The notes below the pieces were generated by a model. The model did not search any database, had not been told where the DNA came from, and worked only from the letters and a program-made list of their open reading frames with translations. From the human T2T-CHM13v2.0 reference genome, Homo sapiens, in NCBI RefSeq assembly GCF_009914755.1, contig NC_060947.1: a DNA stretch of 64,000 nucleotides. One strand, given 5' to 3'. Positions 14,722-31,300 of the stretch are shown piece by piece. How positions within the stretch are numbered: the stretch's first letter is position 1; every line of letters starts with the position of its first letter. The position numbers and the translations under genes were made by a program.

Positions 14722-17412
14722 CTGAGAAGAACATCGTTAAGGAGACAAACATACCAGGGGCTTCAACGACAAAATTTTACACCATATTATAGCAAAAACC
14801 ATCAAATACCAAGGGACATAAATTGGTACAACCTTTTTGCGGGCATTTAAACATCTGTTGCAATAGCTTTAAGAATATTCTTAATATTTGACCAAGTAAT
14901 TCTCTTTTTAAGAATTTATCCCACAGAAACAGTCAGGGAGGCCCACAAACGTTAAGGAATTACAGAGGTTTTTCAATTTGTTATAAAAGCAGAGAAACAG
15001 AAATAATTTAAATGTTCAACAATAAAGAAATGATTAAATAAATGTTGATATAGCCATATGCATCTCTTTTAAAATTATGTCCTTGAAATATTTGAGAATA
15101 TCAGGAAACGCTCAGATTATAAAAACATCACACACACACACGCACACACACACACACACACACATGCATAGAAAGACTGTAAGAAAAGATACCTAAATAC
15201 CATCAGTGATTTAAAAATTGACAAATAATCATAAAACATTTCTTAGCCCTTGCTAGTTGCTCAGTTTGCTGCTAGGGCACATAGGTTCTGATAAGAGCTG
15301 TAAATGGTCCAATACAAATCTGTACAATTATATCCAATAAGGTAAATCCTTCTTACCATACCAAACACAATGAAAGCAAAAGCAAAGGTAAAGAACAATG
15401 AATAGTCCTGTAGTGATATATTTCATGGGAAGAAGTTAACAAGCTTGGATAAATGAAATGAAGACAACTGATTATTATAAGTAAAACATGAATAATGATG
15501 AGTTTTTAACAAGTCCTACTTAATTTAAAAACCAAGGTAAGTAAGTGAGAAAGATAAAGGGGAGATAGAGAAACTGAGATTTTCATTAAAACAAATACTA
15601 AGAAACCTTCATGTCTAAATGAGTTGAATGAAAATTTACTTTTGTTACTTATTCAAAAAATGATCTCCATGCCCCCTCTAAAAGACAAGCTACTTGCATC
15701 AAAACCCTATAACAAATGGGTCACATATGATACAAAGACATGACTCAAGTGGGTGCATAACACAGTAATGTTTGGCTCAGAATATATAATGTTCTGGGCT
15801 CTAGCAGTTCATATAAAACCTCAAATAAGACCTATTCTAACGCAAAAACAAAACAAGACAAAACTCCTGCAAGCAAACAAACCAAAATCCTATGCCATAA
15901 AATTATCTTTGTAAAGATAAAGACTGTCAAATTTTTCTTTCTGTTGTGCACTTTTAAAATTCTAAATTATGGAGTGAGGGTACAGTGGGGTAGGAGACAC
16001 CAAATTAGCGTAAGGAGAGAGAACAAAGATGAAAGAAGTGGCCTTTGATAATTGAGAAGTAAGTAAGTTAGTATCAATGATCTTGTTCCTCAGTGACCTT
16101 GGGGGAAATTTTATTAGGACTTTCATTTTACTCATGTCTACAGTAAATCTGTTTAGTCCAAACTATAATATCGGAAGGTAATTTGGTTTAATGGGAAGGG
16201 AGTCTGAGAAGAGTCGAGGTAACATATAGAATGCATGCATAGAAGTTTCCCTGATAGAAACCCACAAAAGAAAAAAGCTAGAGACAGGTATGTGTTATAT
16301 CCTAACACAGTAGTTGGCAAGCACTTCTTTAGACTGGCTCTGTTAAACCTATGGCACCAACATCCTAGTCTACATATGGTGAGATTATAACTAATTCACC
16401 TATAGAAGCAAACAATGCTAGCTCTGGCTTTATTAAATTGATTTGTTTATGCTTTAAGAAAACATTCCTAGTAGCCAAGATATGTGTTCTCAAAAAGGAG
16501 AAAAAAGAGACCAACGATTTCTCATTTTTGGTCAGGGAAAGACAAAGCATGCTAGATAATGCCTTGGATAAAGCAAATAGAGTGTAAACATGTTTCTCGG
16601 GCCAAGAGTGGTGCTTAGTTACTAGAAAATAAATTAAAAGGACAATTTTTCATAACCTTGCAAGTTTTCAGCCTTTCAAAGATGTTTTCTGCCCCAAAAG
16701 CCATCAACAAAGTTGTACCTAATTTCCATAGTTCATCTTAAGATTTTTTTCTAGTTTCTGAAATCCATTCTCAATGCTATGCAAGGGAGAGGTAGAAGTA
16801 AAAACAAGTAATGGCTCCTCTGAGTGGCTACCATTATGAAAAGTACCAGGAATTTATGTCAAACCTAAGAAGATTTACTTCACTCTAGAAAATCACCTTT
16901 TAATTTCCACCCTCCTAATTTCAATCAATGTAAGTCTGGACCTGTTCCAACAAAAAATTGCAGTGCATCTACAAGATTAAGACGTTCTAGTCAGTATTTT
17001 GCTAATTTCAATCAATTTAATATATATCAAAATCCAGTACAAACCAAATAATGTGTATTATTCCTTATAGCAGAGGTTCTCAAACCTGGCTGCTCATTAG
17101 AATCAGCTGAGGATTTTAAAATAAATAAATAATTCTTATTTTTTTTAAAAAAGGTTTCAGACACTACTGAACCAGAATCTCCAAAGTCTCAAGATTCTAT
17201 TATTTCAACAGTTTCCAGGTGATTTCTGATAAAAATGGTACACAGATTGGCATTTAAGAAAGACTTCCTCAGAGTACACTGTAATAGAATGTGTACTATG
17301 ACATACACTTTTTAATTTGAAAGGGAAAGTTTTTGTTTTTCTGTGTCAACCTGAAAACTTAATCCTGAAATAAAGAGGTCAACTTCATGTAGTGGTACAC
17401 TTGTAAGGATAC
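14722..17412 (-). other. MORC4: U12-type GT-AG minor intron (MORC4 intron 7, 2691 nt)
   Basis: 5' GTATCCTT; perfect branch TCCTTAAC at 14743-14736, 14 nt before the intron end; terminal AG. Confidence 0.93.
15129..15164. repeat. (CA)n microsatellite
   Basis: Direct reading. Confidence 0.9.
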
Positions 17413-17541
17413 TGTGAAGGTAGGTTTATATGTATCATATTCTACATTGGCCAGGCTCTTGGCAATCATCTGGGTAGTCACCTTCTTTTGACGCAGAAAA
17501 ATTTTCATGCGTGGCTTCATGTATAGAATACCACAAAATGC
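17413..17541 (-). CDS. MORC4: MORC4 exon 7 (AFCGILYMKPRMKIFLRQKKV...YKPTFT, 129 nt)
   Basis: Acceptor TTCCGTAG|GCA; ends at U12 donor ACA|GTATCCTT. Confidence 0.96.
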
Positions 17542-17866
17542 CTACGGAACAGAATGGTGAAGGGAAAGTTATTATGTGATATTGCCAATTCTGCTGACAT
17601 CCCCATAAAACACTGCTACCAACTGATATCTATGCTGGGCAAAGATTTGGCTCAGTTTCTATACCTTATTACACTATGTAAACTACCACACTAAAGTACT
17701 GCTGACTATATTATCTAAACGGTCTCAATGGAGACAATAAAAAGGAATACTAGCACATGGCTGGAACGTTGTTATCTTTGTATAACTAAAAGAAGATCTT
17801 GTTCTATAATATTTTCAGGTTACAGGAAATCTTACCTCTCATTGTTGAAAAACCATTCTTACTTAC

Positions 17867-17999
17867 CCTTAAAGAATATTCTGTTTCTGGTAGCTCAGAG
17901 GTAACACCGCCAGTCATTTTTTCTTCTGTGTCAAAGTCTGATACCAGGATGTCATATTGATCTGTATCAAAGTCCAACTCAGATTTTCCATTTTTATTT
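17867..17999 (-). CDS. MORC4: MORC4 exon 6 (NKNGKSELDFDTDQYDIL...EYSLR, 133 nt)
   Basis: Acceptor TTTTCCCCAG|A, donor AGG|GTAAGT. Confidence 0.96.
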
Positions 18000-19109
18000 C
18001 TGGGGAAAAGAGACAAGTACCAATCTAACAAAAACTGGCTCCAGAGGACAAAAAAATGCACTAGGAGCCCAAAAGAAAAAAAAACAATATGAGCCAAAAC
18101 TCAGGTATCTGTTTCTTTCCCTGACTACCAGTGCAAAGGAACTACAAACTACTTGGGTAGAGGATCAGACAATACTTAAGGGTATTCCCATTCTAAACAA
18201 ATCTACTCTTTCATAGAGGTGATGATGCCACATTCATAAGGAAAAAAGAATGTGGAATGTCTATGATCTGATAAATCAAATGGATGTCAGCTATCCTCAA
18301 AGTGGGATCTTGAAATAGACACAAGCTTTCTGGGTATTGTTAGTAAGTCACTCAACATCATTTTCCCCAACTGAATAAACAGATGAATCAAAACCCACTT
18401 CTACCAACTTCAGACTAATAAGACACTAAGATCTCCCCAGATCTAATCTTATTTCTTAAAAGGAAAAAAGATTGTTACAAAAGCAGCATATATTTAACTA
18501 GTCCTCTAGGATACCATTTATAGAATTATCATTTAAACATAATGGTACTAACATTCCTTTCATAAGGACCTTTCTTGTTCCCATAATCTTTTTGGGCCAC
18601 TTGGTTTTGATCCATTCCAAGACCCTGAGCTATATCACTAACCACTGCCAGGGAAAAAACGTTAAGACCCATCTTTATTCTTGGAAAAAACTCAAATGAC
18701 AGGTTTTAGTAAAAATGTATATATCAGAACAGTACTTCCCAAAATTTGTTCTGTGGAACAGTAATCTCACAAGATACTCTTAAAAAGAAATAAATACATA
18801 AAAGTTCTATGATCAAATAAAATTGAGAAATCATTCTTAGCCCTCAGAGTCAACTCGAGCTCTAGTGATAACTCTGCTTCATACTTCAGGCTCTATAAGC
18901 TCAGAGCTGCTGTGTTGAAATTGTAGCTCCTTTTACAGGGCTGCACCAGAGCCATTATGGTCTGTTGTCTGCATCATGCCCATGTCAATGTATAATAGCT
19001 TATTATGGATTTTCCAGGATAATTCTGATTCTCACTACCCCACCTGACCCCAATGCATATGCCCTGAGGAGATTCTCTATCCTCCTTGTCCCTCACATTC
19101 CCCATCTAA

Positions 19110-19284
<175 letters not shown>

Positions 19285-19470
19285 TGAAGAAATACTTTTT
19301 AAAAATTGATTGGGAAATACTTCATACTATATTGCTCTTTTACATATTTTCAACGCACATTAGTATATTAAAGGACTCCAGGACTCTCAGAAGTCCTACA
19401 ATAAAGCAACACAGTAAACTTTAAGTCAGCTTTTCCCAAATTTGTTTGACCATGTAATCCTTTATTTATA

Positions 19471-19700
19471 CAGGTTGAATATCCCTTAACTGAAATGCTT
19501 GGGACCAGAAGTGTTTTGGATCCTTTTGGATTTTGAAATATTTGCATTATACTTACTGGTTGAGCACCCCTAATCCAAAAATCCAAAATCCAAAATGCTC
19601 CAATGATCATTTCCTTTGAGTTGTCATGTCTGTGCTCAAAATGTTTTGGATTTTGTAGCACTTCCGATTTTAGATTTTTGGATTAGGGAAAGTCAACCTG
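19471..19700. mobile_element. Tigger4a/MER46-like MITE
   Basis: TIRs CAGGTTGAATATCCCT and AGGGAAAGTCAACCTG flanked by TA duplications. Confidence 0.8.
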
Positions 19701-20198
19701 TATACCACCTAGTACCATATACATAACTGGGAAACGACATACAAAGAAAAAGTTCTGTTTAAGATATGTAAATCACTGGAAATACCTCAAAAAATTCTTT
19801 GTAATACAAACTATATTACTTGAGGTTTTCTCAGTAGGACACAGGGAAGATCTAAATTACCAATGTGTGAGTCACACTTCTTTTAATTGTTAAGTACAGT
19901 ACTCTCTATATAAACTAGCATTGTTTTTATTTGTTTTACCCAGGTAAATGAGACAAAATACTTCACCTAAGGAGAAAAGGAAGAATACATTTATCCGATA
20001 ATCTTTTCTATTAAACATATCAGTAATACCTCTATTTTATATTAAAGGTTTTTAGGGTTATTTTTTAGTGTTTAGGTGTTAATCCATTCTTAAATGTATT
20101 CCATTAGACATGCTAAGATTAAACAAATGAAATAGCATAAAGTATTTCTAGATTTTTATTAGTTTTGAAGACATGATCTTAACCTAGTCTCATTATAG

Positions 20199-20456
<258 letters not shown>

Positions 20457-20537
20457 TAATTTTTTTTCTCATACTTCATTGTCATTGTCTAATAGGTAAA
20501 ATAACTATCAATTACCAAACTTAAAAAAATGCCTATT

Positions 20538-20840
<303 letters not shown>

Positions 20841-20929
20841 TTATAAAGGATTCTGAGGAGCTTAGAATATGCTAAACTGTCTTAATTATCTGTGGCAATA
20901 GCCTCAGGATATGTGTGTTTCCACCTTAA

Positions 20930-21297
<368 letters not shown>

Positions 21298-21399
21298 AGA
21301 ACTCTTGTTTTTCTAAGACAAAGTTACATAAAAGTATGCAATGAGATATATATTAAAATTTATCTACTTTGCTCTAAATTACTCTAAAAAGAGTTATTA

Positions 21400-21537
<138 letters not shown>

Positions 21538-21618
21538 TTAAAAGTTAAAATTAAATAAAAATGTGTTTCATCATACTACCTTTGTTTATTAGAATCTATC
21601 ACCCTTGGAATACTATAC

Positions 21619-21766
21619 CTGCGGATGTTCCAAATGAGAACACGAGTGCCTTTTTTGCCTGGGATGGCATCAAACTGGGCCAGCAGGTCATTTTCACGGT
21701 TGAAAATGGAATAGTTCAAGATGGCTTCTAGGCTGGGCAATGAATCCTCGGTAATAATCATTTTTT
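21619..21766 (-). CDS. MORC4: MORC4 exon 5 (KKMIITEDS...GTRVLIWNIRR, 148 nt)
   Basis: Follows AC acceptor (TTTTAC|AAAAAATG); donor CAG|GTATAG; the AT-AC junction keeps the frame (A|AA = Lys). Confidence 0.95.
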
Positions 21767-22505
21767 GTAAAATCAAATATAGTCAAAGAAAAAATAATAT
21801 CTTAGGATGCTATTGAGAAGGAAGATCTGCCCTTTGGATTGCATATTTAGACAAAACTATAGACATACAGCATGCATATTACTGCTATAGAAGGAGGAAA
21901 GGTGAAAAATGGAGAAAGGTTGTAGAGACAAGCTCCAAAATCAGTTGCCCATGCAGAATATAGCTTCAAAGATATCATGTAAACAAAGTCTTATATTTAA
22001 AAGATCAAAGGCTTAATTTTTTAACTTCTTTGGAAGCAATAAGTTAAAACCTTATTGCTATACTGTTCCAGTCAAGAGAACCAGGTGTCTAACAGAAGTA
22101 ACAGCTGTGCAGATATAGGGAAATGAGCTATTCTGCTATTATATAAGCTGATAAATAGTATGTTTCTAGGCCTATTAATGCAAATGTAGCTATCCTTAGG
22201 GGAAAAAAAAAAAAAGGAAGGCCTTCGGAGCTTTACCATGGGGTGGTGGTAGAGCAGAGATACACTATATAGATCAAACTGCCTAACAATGAAAATTTCA
22301 ATATAGCAAAAACATTTCTAAGCTTATGTCAATGTTCTACTTGTTTTTTAAATGTTTAATAGAGAAAAATCCCAGTTAAATTTAAGACATTTGAATACCT
22401 CTTTTAAAACTTCTGACAGTTGGATTTGACCTGAAGTTGGAATCTAATCAAACACTCAGATTAGACTAATTTTTAACCAACATTCTCCATTTCCAGAAAG
22501 GATAT
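21767..22505 (-). other. MORC4: U12-type AT-AC minor intron (MORC4 intron 4, 739 nt)
   Basis: 5' ATATCCTTT; branch-like TTCTTTGAC at 21790-21782, 15 nt before the intron end; terminal AC. Confidence 0.93.
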
Positions 22506-22723
22506 TGTTTTGCTGGTTGAATGGAACAATTGGTACAATAACTGCCTGGGCCTGGACACATTCCAGATAGGTCTGTGATAGAAGTCCAACAGTGAGAGTA
22601 CCCCCATTCTTGGTGAAGACAAGGGCGTCCTTTCCTAGCCGCATGGAGCCTGACTTGAAACCATTACCAAAGACCCCAATGGGACACTGGCTCTTCTTTA
22701 TTACTTTATCTGTAAAGCCAAAG
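22506..22723 (-). CDS. MORC4: MORC4 exon 4 (FGFTDK...[15 protein letters not shown]...PFNQQN, 218 nt)
   Basis: Acceptor ATTGCAG|C; GxxGxGxK ATP-lid motif; ends at U12 donor A|ATATCCTTT. Confidence 0.96.
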
Positions 22724-23599
22724 CTGCAATTACACAAGAAAAAACAAATCAGAAAAAAAGAAATCAGAAAGGTAAAAAGCATCCTAAGATAGGTGACAGG
22801 CAGAATATTTGGCCTACAAATAAATAACACTTGTAAAAAGTCCTTCCTTTTTTATTCCTTTTGGTATTTATGGGCAAAACTATTAAGTTAAAAACATAGG
22901 AAATTACTATGGGGTAATGGGACTAATTTTCCTGTGTGGTTTGTGTATACATAAATAGTTCCATTACGTTAGAGTCACACTTTATAAATGTAAAAAAGGG
23001 CCCCTTTTCACCAGCTAACGTAGCTGGAGAAGGCCTTGGGCAGCTGCCTTTCTTGTCTAGATAAAACAGCTCTGATTGCTGTAGAAGTAAAGTTAGGGTA
23101 AGGTGAAAAATGTAGTTATCTAGAGAGGGTAGCAAAAGTTCCAGATATTGTCATTGGTCAGAGGTACTAGATTAGGCATCTCCTAACCTGTTTATATCAT
23201 CCTCTAGAAATCTGAAAGTCAGGGATCATGTATCTTGACAATTTCAACTCTCCACTCAAAGGATAACCCTTCCAATTCTTAGTCTCTGTTCCATCTGCTG
23301 GGACAGTTCATTGGAATGTGGCCAAAGGATAAAAATAGGTAGTTCTGCCTCTGAATATCAGCAAACAGTTGCAGTATAAAGTCTCTCTTGCTCCATTAAG
23401 GACCTTTCACTTAGGCGCCTCAACAATCTCTGTAGCCCCTTTTGATCAGCTTAATCTGGAAGCCAGAACCTTTCCCTTCCTTGTATTTTCCATTCAGGTA
23501 CACACCAAAATAACAGAACTTTAAAAATTAAAAATAAAATGATTATATATCTTCCCTCACCATCAATAAAACTAATTGTAAGGATTGTTTCTCAGGATG

Positions 23600-23885
23600 A
23601 GAAGGAGAAATGAATAGAGTTTGGCAAATGAGTACAAACTTATAGTTAGATAGAAGAAAAAAGTTCTAATGTTCCATAGCAGACCAGGGTGACTATAATT
23701 AGCAATAATACATCACATATTTCAAAGTAGCTAGAAAAGAGGAGTTCCAATGTTACCAACATATAAATTATCAAGGTGATGGAAACCCCAAACACCCTCA
23801 CTTGATCATTACACATTGTATGCATGTATAAAGTACTCACATGTACCCCATAAATATGTAAAATATTAGGTATCAATAAAAGAAA
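23600..23885 (+). mobile_element. L1MA 3' end fragment
   Basis: GATCATTACACATTGTATGCATGTA...TAAATATGTA. Confidence 0.75.
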
Positions 23886-26109
23886 AAATCATACTAAAAA
23901 GGATTGTTTCTCTCCAGATTGACTAATTTTACAATGTTGTGCACTATCATTCATTCAATAAATATTTAAACTAAGCACCTACAATGTGCCAAGCATTGGG
24001 CTAAGCACTAGAGACCATTTTTAATAAGAGACATGATTCTTGCCTTCAGAGTTTATAGTCTAAGGAAGGACTTCATATATTACAGATTAGGTGCTTCTCA
24101 ACATCAATAAAATAGATACTCTGGTCAGACCATGACTGAGCAGGCTGATCTTTAACAATTTTACTCTTTTGAGCATGGAGAGCGGAGGTATCTGATTTCT
24201 ACTTCCTGAAGATTGCGGTTTTGTGTTTACTCACTAAGAAAGGGAACCACCTTTTAATTTTCTGTTTCAAAGCATTATACAATAATACCATATGTCCTCC
24301 TAGAGTAGATACTTTATAGGAGCTGTGTGTATCCTACAAATAAATCTAGTGACAGAAAAAGGTAATTTCCATGGCAGCAGTCCTTTGGGAAAAAAAAAAA
24401 AGAAAAAGAACTTCAGTTTGTGTTGCCTATGGGCCTTAGTATTCCAGGATACAGACTTATAATAGTAAGATTCAGGCATTCCCATTTTTCTTGTGGAAGA
24501 ATTGGCTTTTAAAAAAAATGGGTTTGTTATGAGGATTAAATTATATACTGTATGCAAAATACATTAAGTATAAAGTAGTATTCAAACATTAATTTTAAAC
24601 TAACTCTAGAAGTCATTCTGATAGTTGTCATGTGCTATCCCCTACTCCTACTTCAGACCTAAGGTCACATCTAAAGCTCAGGGCTCTTCATAAATAGTAA
24701 TCTTACACATCACTTCAAATGAATTTGTATCGTTAACCGGACTTCAACTTTCTCTTATACCACAAAAGCTTCAATTAGGTGATCAAGGGAAAGTGGTGAA
24801 AATAGGGAGATTACAACTCCCTTAATTTTTTAGCCTCTTCCACCATCTATCACCTCTTTTCCCCTTTGAAAGTATAAACCCTCACTGTGTTAATTTGAGG
24901 AGACCAAATTATGATACAAGGTTGAGAAGATAAGTAGTAGTGCCAGGCCAGAACCAGAATGGAAAAGGATAAGAATAACGAGAAGAGAGGAGCTATAAAC
25001 TCTGGATTTTTGTTGTTGTTACTGTGTTTCACTTAACTCTTCCCGTGTGCTCTTTTATTCCACCTAAGTTCTCATGTTCGGCATTCTATTTAAATGCAAA
25101 CTGGCAGAATCAATGTCAGGTACCAATCAAATAACTACCTAACACAAAAGCCCTCACCACACATAATAATAGAATTGTAATAATGAATTTGATAGTTTGC
25201 TATAGCTCAGTAATAATTTTCCACAGAGATAACTTGGTTTAGGTGGTTTCTATTTGCTAAGTCAGTCCTGCTCTATCCTCTCGTGTGAGAGACAACACTG
25301 TTTACACATCAAGGTGGCTTGGATACCAGCACTTTTAGTGGAATCCAAAAATACAGCAGCTTGCTCTGGAGTATCTTAAAATGTCAAGAATCCAGAATCC
25401 AGAGAGGTAAATTTAAATTGGGACTCTGCCATGACACGTGTTTACCTATGTAACAAACCTTCACGTGTACCTCCAAACCAAAAATAAAAGTTAAGAAAAA
25501 TAATAAATAAGTAAAGACTCTGACCAATGAAACAAACCTTGGCAAAATCCATGGGTGCACAAAGGCAGGCACTGCTATTTCCTAGGTATACTTGTGATTT
25601 AATATGTAATATAAAAGAATGAAAGAGTGCTAAGCAGACTGTTATTCTCCAGCTATTGTTTTAGAAGAATACACCTGCTAGGAAGTGCACTTCTGAGCAC
25701 AGGTAGCAAATACCTTCTGTGGTTCTGTGGCTGTTTTTAGTCTTTGAACTTTGAAAGAGGTTTTCCACCTTGCTGAAAAAGGCAGCTGAATATACAGACT
25801 AACTGATCCACACACTAGCCCCAGAAGCTAAAGATAATTAGTTGTGGACCTTAAAGGAATTTAATAATAGGTTTTTCCTTTTTAATTTGATTTTCATGAA
25901 AGTCTATGTTTATGGAAGAAACTGTTGCTACAGTTACACAACTATTTTATCAGCCTGAAAATAGAGTTGCATAAAGAGTTGGAAAGTGTGGACAGTGTAA
26001 CAACAAATGTTAGAGGTCAAATAGAACTTCTGTAGGCTTAATAAATTTGTATAATTACTTCTATTATTTTTTCCAAATACAAAAGTAATATGCCTTCAAG
26101 TAGAAAACA

Positions 26110-27410
<1,301 letters not shown>

Positions 27411-28145
27411 TTAATTAAAAAAAAAGGTATCTTCTAGCTGATTCAAGTTTGTTTCAAGATACAATCACAAATAAAATTCAGTACATATATTACATTAAGG
27501 ACTCATTAAAATAATTTTCTAAAATTATTTTTTAAATAGGAGGAACAATTGCCCAGCTCAAATCAGTGGTAAACATATTTGGTATGACAGGGAAAATTCT
27601 ATAGCTAAGAAAGTTTCTACCTATTTTGCTCCTTGGGGAGGGAATAAAAAATTTGAATGGGTGATACTCATCCTTCATATTTCAATTTGAATGTCATTTC
27701 TTCAGGGGAGCCTTTTTTAATTCCCTAGACTAGATTAGATCCCTGTTATACGTTCTCAAAGAAACTGTGCTCTACCTTCATAGCACTTACCACTGGGTGG
27801 AATAGCCTATTTAGTTATATTACTAGTCAATTTTGTTCTTTCTCATTAAGCTGTCAGCCAAGAATCATGTCTATCTGGTTCACCACTTTATCTCCAGTGC
27901 CTTGCACACAGGTGCTCAATAAAAATTTGTTGAATGAATAAATGAATGAATCTGGAACAAAAATTGTGGCAATTATTTTGAAACCATTCTTCTCCTCCCT
28001 TCTACCTTATAACTCTAACCAAGTTTCACAGATGTAGTCCCACAGACAAAACGGAAGATCAGATGTGCTGGGCCCACTACTCAACACCCACGTCAATGGG
28101 ATAAGGTATGATGGGAAGGAGTCATTAAGAAGATAAGCAATTTTG

Positions 28146-28435
28146 GATGGGTGCGGTGGTTCACACCTGTGATCCCAGCACTTTGGGAGGCTGAGGTGGG
28201 CAGATCACTTGAGGTCAGGAGTTCGAGACCAGCCTGGACAACATGGCAAAACCCTGTCTCTACTAAAAATACAAAAAAATTAGCCGGGCATGGTGGCACA
28301 CCCCTATAATCCCAGCTACTCGGGAGGCTGAGGTACGAGAATCATTTGAAACCAGGAGGCTGAGGTTGCAGTGAGCTGAGATCATGCCACTGCACTCCAG
28401 CCTGGGTGATGGAGTGAGACTCTGTCTCAAAAAAT
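28146..28435 (+). mobile_element. AluS
   Basis: Alu dimer. Confidence 0.9.
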
Positions 28436-29329
28436 AAGAAGACAAGTAATTTTACGGGGAAAACAACCAACTAGTACATACAGAATTGAACATATAAATG
28501 CTTTGGTTCCATCCCATCTAAAATTGTATTTTTCTTAATATATAATATTAACTTCAGGATATAAAACTGATGTTATAAGTTAAAGGATTGGGCCAACTTT
28601 CTACCTTCACTAACATACTGGTCACAATTCTTGTTTCACTTTTAGAGGTTTTCCTCAAATAGTCTTCTAATTAGGAGGGTCTGAGACACAAGGTATACAG
28701 ACTGCTGAGTGGTAAAACGCAACCATTTACTTTGCCCAAATTTCATTTTTGTTTCTTTGATGAATCAAAGGGATTTCCCTACAAACAGAGTAATTGATTT
28801 AGAATACCTACAAGGGTAACTACAACCACATGAATTTGTTTTCCATTTTTATAGTTTGGAGCCCTTTCCCTCCTCCACAGCATTCCACCATTGTTACTCG
28901 TGCTTCACACACTCTAGTTCAGGAAGCCACAGGGAGAGTAATCAACCTCATCTGCTAAAAGGAAGAGAGAAGGAAGGAGTTGAAGGAATACTCATATTCC
29001 ACTGAGTGATATGCGGAGATGATATAGTATAAATTTACGTTCTCAACTACAAATGTTTTAAAGTGATTAAATGAACTGACAGTGGCAATAGAAATCTAGC
29101 ACAAGCTTTAACAGTTAGAAAGGAGAATTTCCTAAGTTTGTGATTCTACTGCAAAACCTTTAAAGAATATATGTCTGAATGCCTTCTATTTACCTTGCAT
29201 GGGGTTTGATTATACCCAGGTACCTTCGTGGTTCTAATCAATAAATCACCCCAACTCCAATACTTCTGATTTAAGAGTGAGTTTAGGTTAATATAAATTG
29301 GAGGTCTCGGACCAGTGAAGGCCTCTGGG

Positions 29330-29665
29330 TCTTTATATTTGCTGTTCTCTTTGTGTGAATTGTCATCCCTTGCTCCCTGCCCCTTTATTTAGCTGGTTAA
29401 ACTGTACTCACCCTTAGATCTCAGCTTAAATATCATTTTGTCTAGGATACTTTTCCTAACCTCTGGGATCAGATTGGGCTCCCCTGATGACTTGTCTCAA
29501 ACATTCTGTACCTTCTTATTATGCTTATAGCTTTTTATTACTTATTTAATTTGTCTGAGTTGCCAGCTAGGCTGAAAGCTCTGTGAGGGAAGGAACAGTA
29601 TTTGTTTCATAACCAGTGCCCTGGCACATAAGAGATGCTTAATAAATATTTGTTGAATGAACAAA
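29330..29665 (+). mobile_element. L2 3' fragment
   Basis: CAGTGCCCTGGCACATAAGAGATGCTTAATAAATATTTGTTGAATGAA. Confidence 0.7.
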
Positions 29666-29753
29666 AGGAAAGCAAAATATTAATGAAAATTATGAAGCCT
29701 TAAATAGGGTTCATGAGCTTAAGACAAGAAAAAGACAATGAAGACATTTTTAC

Positions 29754-29886
29754 CTGAGCATTCGGTGTAGTTTATGAGGTGTCATCCCACATCCATCATC
29801 GGTAAAGGTCAAACAAGATTTATTCTTGACCTCCTCAACATCTATAAAGACCGTCCTGGCAGATACATCTGGATCTACAGCATTAT
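29754..29886 (-). CDS. MORC4: MORC4 exon 3 (DNAVDPDV...FTDDGCGMTPHKLHRMLS, 133 nt)
   Basis: Acceptor TTTGCAG|AT, donor CAG|GTAAAA; GHKL DxGxG motif; phases fit both neighbours. Confidence 0.96.
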
Positions 29887-31300
29887 CTGCAAAAGGTAGA
29901 AATCTGCGATATTAGATCCCCTTTTCCAATATTGTATCAAAATCTCTAGTTCAGTGACGCCAAGACATAAGAAATGTCCTTTATTTCCTTCATTTGGATG
30001 TTTGAGAAGGTATCAGGGAGCATTAACGGTAGTGCACTTACTAAATTATAGAGAACAAAAGAGATGATGCCAGATTGAGTTCTAAAGCTGATTTCCAGAT
30101 TTCATACGAGCGATATGCAATCTGCCTTTCCACCTTCGAACTTCAGGGTCTTTGGAAAAAAGTATTAATAACTACTCCCATATACAAAGCATTTTGCTCC
30201 ATTTTTGTCTTATTACTTCTTGCCTTTTAGCCCCTTTACTGTTTGTATACACATACAGTAAAGAGTGGCTATGGAGAAAAGCTGAAGGAGCAACTTTGGT
30301 AAAAGATGATGCATATTACACACATTACAGTTTATTTGTGATCATTTTATTTTCTTCTTTCTTACATCACCTCCTCTGTTAAAGAACACAGAGAGTACTG
30401 CCATTCCTGTTTATAGCCTAAGAGGCACTGAAAGGGTTAGAGTTTAAAATCAAAAGACTTAATGGTCTGCCTAGATCTCAGTGATGGTAGCAAGCATACT
30501 TAGAGGGAGTGATTTTTGCTTAGGTATTTTGTAATAGTTTTAAAGGTAAGGCTGTCCATCCTTTCAGGAAATGGAGAACATAGAATTAAAGTAGAAAAAA
30601 TACATAGGTTCACGATTCCTCCTGATTTATGTCTTCACAATGAGTTAATTATTTAAGACTCCAAAGACATCAAATATTGCCATAGTCTAACAATTGTGTC
30701 ACGTCCACAACCCCAGGGGGGTGCCACTGTCTAGTTGCCGCATGTTTTTGCCACAGGCACCAGTTTACATAATTGTCAATCACTGACAAATGTGGCTCAC
30801 TGGCCACAATTGAGGGGCAGTTTATACAATCTGTTGGATAGGTTCCTTAATCGTTCCTGTCTCTACTAAGCTCTTTGAGCAAGACAGAGTCCTTCCCTTC
30901 CACCCTCTTCCCTTTCCCTGGTATCCTATACTGCTTTAGTGATACCAAAAAGCTAAGCTAAGACAGCCAGGTCAGGTCCTGGCCATATACTTGTTCTATT
31001 ACTACTGATCAAATTATATCATTTTTTCCCAGGAACACCCCTTACAATCCAGAGAAGTATTACAAATATGCAAAACACCCATTTTTTATAACACAATTAA
31101 TGATATCAGTTACAGCCACTTGGATATGTGGAATGTTCATCAAATAAAACAAAACACAGATTAATTTCAAGGGTCACAATGGTATTGCCAGAGTCATTGA
31201 TAAAACTGTCACTGACTGTAAGCAGAAAACGTCTTAACAGTAGTACAGCATCACCAATAGTCCCAGAAGGGGATTAAGAGGCCTGGTATAGTCAATCTTT

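Noticed and set aside
30705-30825. CTCF-like G-rich motifs
   Set aside because: Poor register with the core consensus; unsupported without ChIP data.
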